A DNA stretch of 64,000 nt from Eremomyces bilateralis CBS 781.70 (taxonomy: Eukaryota). The DNA is taken from the NCBI GenBank assembly GCA_010015585.1, contig ML975172.1; one strand, given 5' to 3'. The translations under genes and the position numbers were made by a program. The notes beneath the pieces were generated by a model, which had not been told where the DNA came from, did not search any database, and was given only the letters and a program-made list of their open reading frames with translations. Each line of letters starts with the position of its first letter. Position 1 is the stretch's first letter. Positions 60,379 through 64,000 of this stretch are shown one piece after another.

Positions 60379-63300
60379 TCAATTGCTGGGGGCCAGTCCC
60401 TTTCCATTCTCTTCAGTTACCTGTACACCCAGTTTGTCAAAATCGACATCATTCGCCCAATCTTCAAAGGCTTGCTCATCGCTAGACGCATGCTCATCGA
60501 ATGCTGGATCATTGGTCTCATCTATCGGATTCAATACGCGCCCCGGTTCCTCGATCATTTCGTATTCATCGAATCCATCTTCTTCCTCGTCGTCCTGTTC
60601 GTCTTCCGCCGTGCTTGTGAACTGCGCATGCATGCGCCTCTGAGTAGGCTCGGTCCATGCCGTGAAGAAAGGGTGGTTGGCAGAGAGCGGGCTTCGTTGG
60701 CAGACATAGCCCATTGGAGAATCTGAAAAGTCTTTCCCGCGTCGGCGCATAGAAATCCAATCTTTCATGAATGCAAACGAGTTTCTTGGACCAAGTACGG
60801 GGGAAGTAGGCCAATTGAGCACCGATATAGTGTGTTGCTGTTTTGCATCGGTATTATCACTGGTAGCCCCATCGATCGCTGTAGAATCAGTATCAGAAGC
60901 CGCTGAAGAAGCCGCCGAAGAAGCCGCCGAAGTACACAGAGACATCTCCACGTCGTTAGCGGGGATTGAATCGACATGAACGGCCTCCATAGCCATATTT
61001 GAAGAGCTCCCCTGGACACAATTACTGGACTCGTCGCTACGCATCTCGACATCTGTGGCGCCTTGCTCGTTGTTCGTTTGCTCGTTAGAGATTCCGAGGA
61101 AGAAGGCAAGATACTCGTATTCCTCATAGCTGAAGTAAAGACGGCCTGCAAACGCCCCGATCTCGACGGTGAGCCATGGTGGAGCCCGCCAAAACTTAGG
61201 GAGCGGTGGGAAGGACCAATATTGGAGGTTGTTGAAGCATAGCATGCGTCGGGATATGGGAGCGGCATATGTGATGAGGTGTATTCGGCTGTCCCACTTG
61301 CTAAGCAGCCCGAGAACCGCTTCCGCCTCTTCAGGCGTGATGATGAGAGCGTGGCAAGACTCTACGCTCAAAAGCAGCCAGTTCACAGATCTGAGGAAAT
61401 TATCGTTGGCGGTCCCCCTAGGGGATCGTACAGTTCGGGTGAATTCTGCCGAGACGAACAACCTGGCTTCACCGCAGTACTTGATCTTATGCTTCTTGCC
61501 TGTGGCAGTTTGCTCGAGGACTTTGAAAGCAGAGACGATGTCCGAACTGGTCGTTGGAAGGGTACCAGTTTCAATGAACGAATTGATTGCCCGGCTGAGA
61601 CCAGCAAAGATAATTGGCTGGAAGTAGATCGGCTTTTGCACCTGTCGGACCTTCTCGACCTCCTGTTGCACCTCTCTTTCTTGCTCCACCTCCTGGAGCG
61701 CAAAGGCATTTACAGCTTCGCCTGTGTCCTGGAACCTTTTGCGACAGCGGTCGAGTTCGCCGATGATATTCCGTATCTCTCCTGGGCTAGAGTTGATCAT
61801 CAACCTTCTCCGAGCTCGAGGTTCGTACATCTCGGCAAGGCTCTGCTCCTCTCTTTGTCGAAGGATCTGAACAAAGTTCTCACGGTCTCCTTCAATCTCC
61901 AAAACCCTGGGATGATCAAGCACAGCTTGTTTCCGCCGACAGTAGTCCATTCCCTGAGAAATGAATAACGGCTGCATTTGCTCGATCCCGACACACGTGT
62001 TCTCAAGTAGCCATGACACAACATCGAACGACGTGATTTCTCCTTTCAATGCCGCTCCGCGATGATCTCGAATGCTCTGATTCACCTCCGGTGGCAAAAA
62101 GAACGTGACGCTTTGGGTAGTGCCAAGAAGGCGAAGTCGCATGGCAGCTGCTTGTTGTTAGCCGATTCGCGAGATCTGTAAGGAATTTGAGGTTACTTAG
62201 TGTTGACAAACCTTGGACAAGTTGATCTTTTGTTTGAGACAACCCTAGTGTTAGAGCGCCCCGTGCATTGACTGGGAGCTTCAAGTCTGTTCCACGGGCA
62301 TGGGACTGATCAATATAAACAAGACATCCAGCAAGATTATCCGCGAAAGACGAAGCCAGGAGTGGGACGAGTGTCCCCCCCTTAGAGTAGATCATAGGCT
62401 TGCTATTTTTGTCGAAAAACAGGGCAGCAGTAGCACTGTGACCTTCGGAACCGTGTAACTTACTGTCCACACCTAGCCATTCCTTGACTAGTGTCAGATT
62501 GTCCATCTCAAGGACTTGAGCACCAGCATCGATAAGGATCATTATCCCTTTCTCGCAGAGCATCCGCAGTAAACCGTTCTCACCAATGTGCTTTCCCTGG
62601 AGGTCCACAGCTAGGACACAGTCCCTATTTCTCGGCTTCAGAAGATATATGAGAACTTCGGCATTGACACTAGACAGCTTTGGTAGGTCTTGCTGCTTTA
62701 TGTTGAACGGAAGTAAGAACCGATTGTCGTTAGTACCGCTGAACCCTGTGGTGAGGGCCAGAGCTCCTCTAGCCTGACCTTTACCACCCGTAGTCTGCAT
62801 AGGAGGGGCTGCCGAGGAAGACTGTGCTAAAGGAATATCCCATGATGAACTCTGCAGCTTATGTGGGAAAACCTTGGCATGCTTTGGAAAGGCCAAGTTA
62901 TTAAGAAAATAGTCAATGACAGGCACCTCAAGCCGCAGGCAACTCCATAATTCCTTGAGCTGAATCTCGTCATCGAGATTGATGGCCATCCAATCCTTCA
63001 GCGAGTCGGGTACAGCCCCCTGGGCATGTATCCATCTCTCGTAGTGGCTGGCAGGATCATCGGTCTGCATCAGGTGCTGAAGGGCCCCACGGAGCTGCTG
63101 AGGGGTAAGTCCACCGTAATAGAAGGATAGCGATGTCAGCAAGAGCGATACATCTGGCTGACCGAATTCGGCTTGTTCACTAGGGACACCTTTTGCATGA
63201 AACGGCACGCTTATGGGCTCTCGATCCGGATGTAGTCCGTATTGTACGTTCCATCTCTTTTTTAGCGTAAGGATCAGAATCCGGTGCACAAATAACCCCC

Positions 63301-64000
63301 GCAGAAGGTAGATCACGTCTCGGATGGTCGGTATTTCACAAAACCCGTTACGAATCGCTTCAACATCAACAGGAGTGACCTTCTCCTCTGAAATGAATCT
63401 CCGAATCTGCTCTCCATGTTCTTGAAGGACCTCTCCTTGAGGGAGAATGCTACTTCTGCCGGAGCAAATGTCATCAACCAGTCTGTTGACCAACGCAATC
63501 TCTGCATCCCGCCTCATGAAGTATACCATTGGGAAACCGCCGTTGGGTCGTTCAACGACCTCGATGGAGGTTGGAAACTGCTGGTGGATGCTCCAAAAGT
63601 GCACCTTCGCTAGGCTCAACACTTTCTCCACAGTTCCCCAGCGATGAGAATGACCAGGAAGCACCTTCTGAGAACCGGAGGGGTAAATCAACTGCGTTTG
63701 GACGGCTAGAATACTGTCGCTTTCGTCTAGAATATCGCGACACCGTCTCTCGAGCCAATTTTGAACGTTCTATCGAGCGTTAGTCATCAAACAGCTGGCG
63801 ATTCAATCCAATGGGGTACCGTACTATCATTGGAGTAGCCTGCTCTACCTTCCCGTCAAGAAGCATCTGGAGACCGCTCAACTTGAAGGAGAGACCATGT
63901 TCCGGGTTTTGGATCAAAATGCCACCCGAGCGCCTCACAGCCTGATGTAGATCGTGATATGCCCTAATGTTCTGCACGGTGGCACGTGTCCTTCGAGAAA
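60379..64000 (-). CDS. Large DUF3638/DUF3645-family fungal protein, 3' part (runs out of the window)
   Basis: LKKRWNVQYG, VPFHAKGVPSEQAEFGQPDV..LSFYYGGL (DUF3645), TGFSGTND, LIDAGAQ, YIDQSHARGTDL, MRLRLLG, EQEREV. Confidence 0.85.

Overview
Eukaryotic (filamentous ascomycete, Pezizomycotina-type) genomic DNA with short GT-AG introns and RIP-like C->T damage. Core-looking genes: GH27 alpha-galactosidase, EBP-like sterol isomerase, SAM methyltransferase, Spt20, Hsp20, RTA1, alcohol dehydrogenase, CDF transporter, phytase, N2227-type methyltransferase, TAP-like peptidase and a partial DUF3645-family giant protein. Two accessory patches interrupt them (about 1-1.9 kb and about 27.4-43.6 kb). These hold hAT, Tc1/mariner and Fot1/pogo elements plus decayed non-self-recognition genes (SesB-like, HET, NACHT-WD40 NLR, WD40 fragments). 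The most notable observations are not captured by the ORF track: (1) a cryptic small gene ending in a PP/RHIM-like amyloid signalling motif; (2) an NLR whose first micro-exon encodes a candidate amyloid motif; (3) an intact Fot1-like transposon sitting inside an array of about 15 apparent excision footprints; (4) a hAT element present as complementary fragments 20 kb apart; (5) a CFEM gene broken by one RIP-type stop. All calls come from reading motifs by eye. No database search was run and exon boundaries are estimates.
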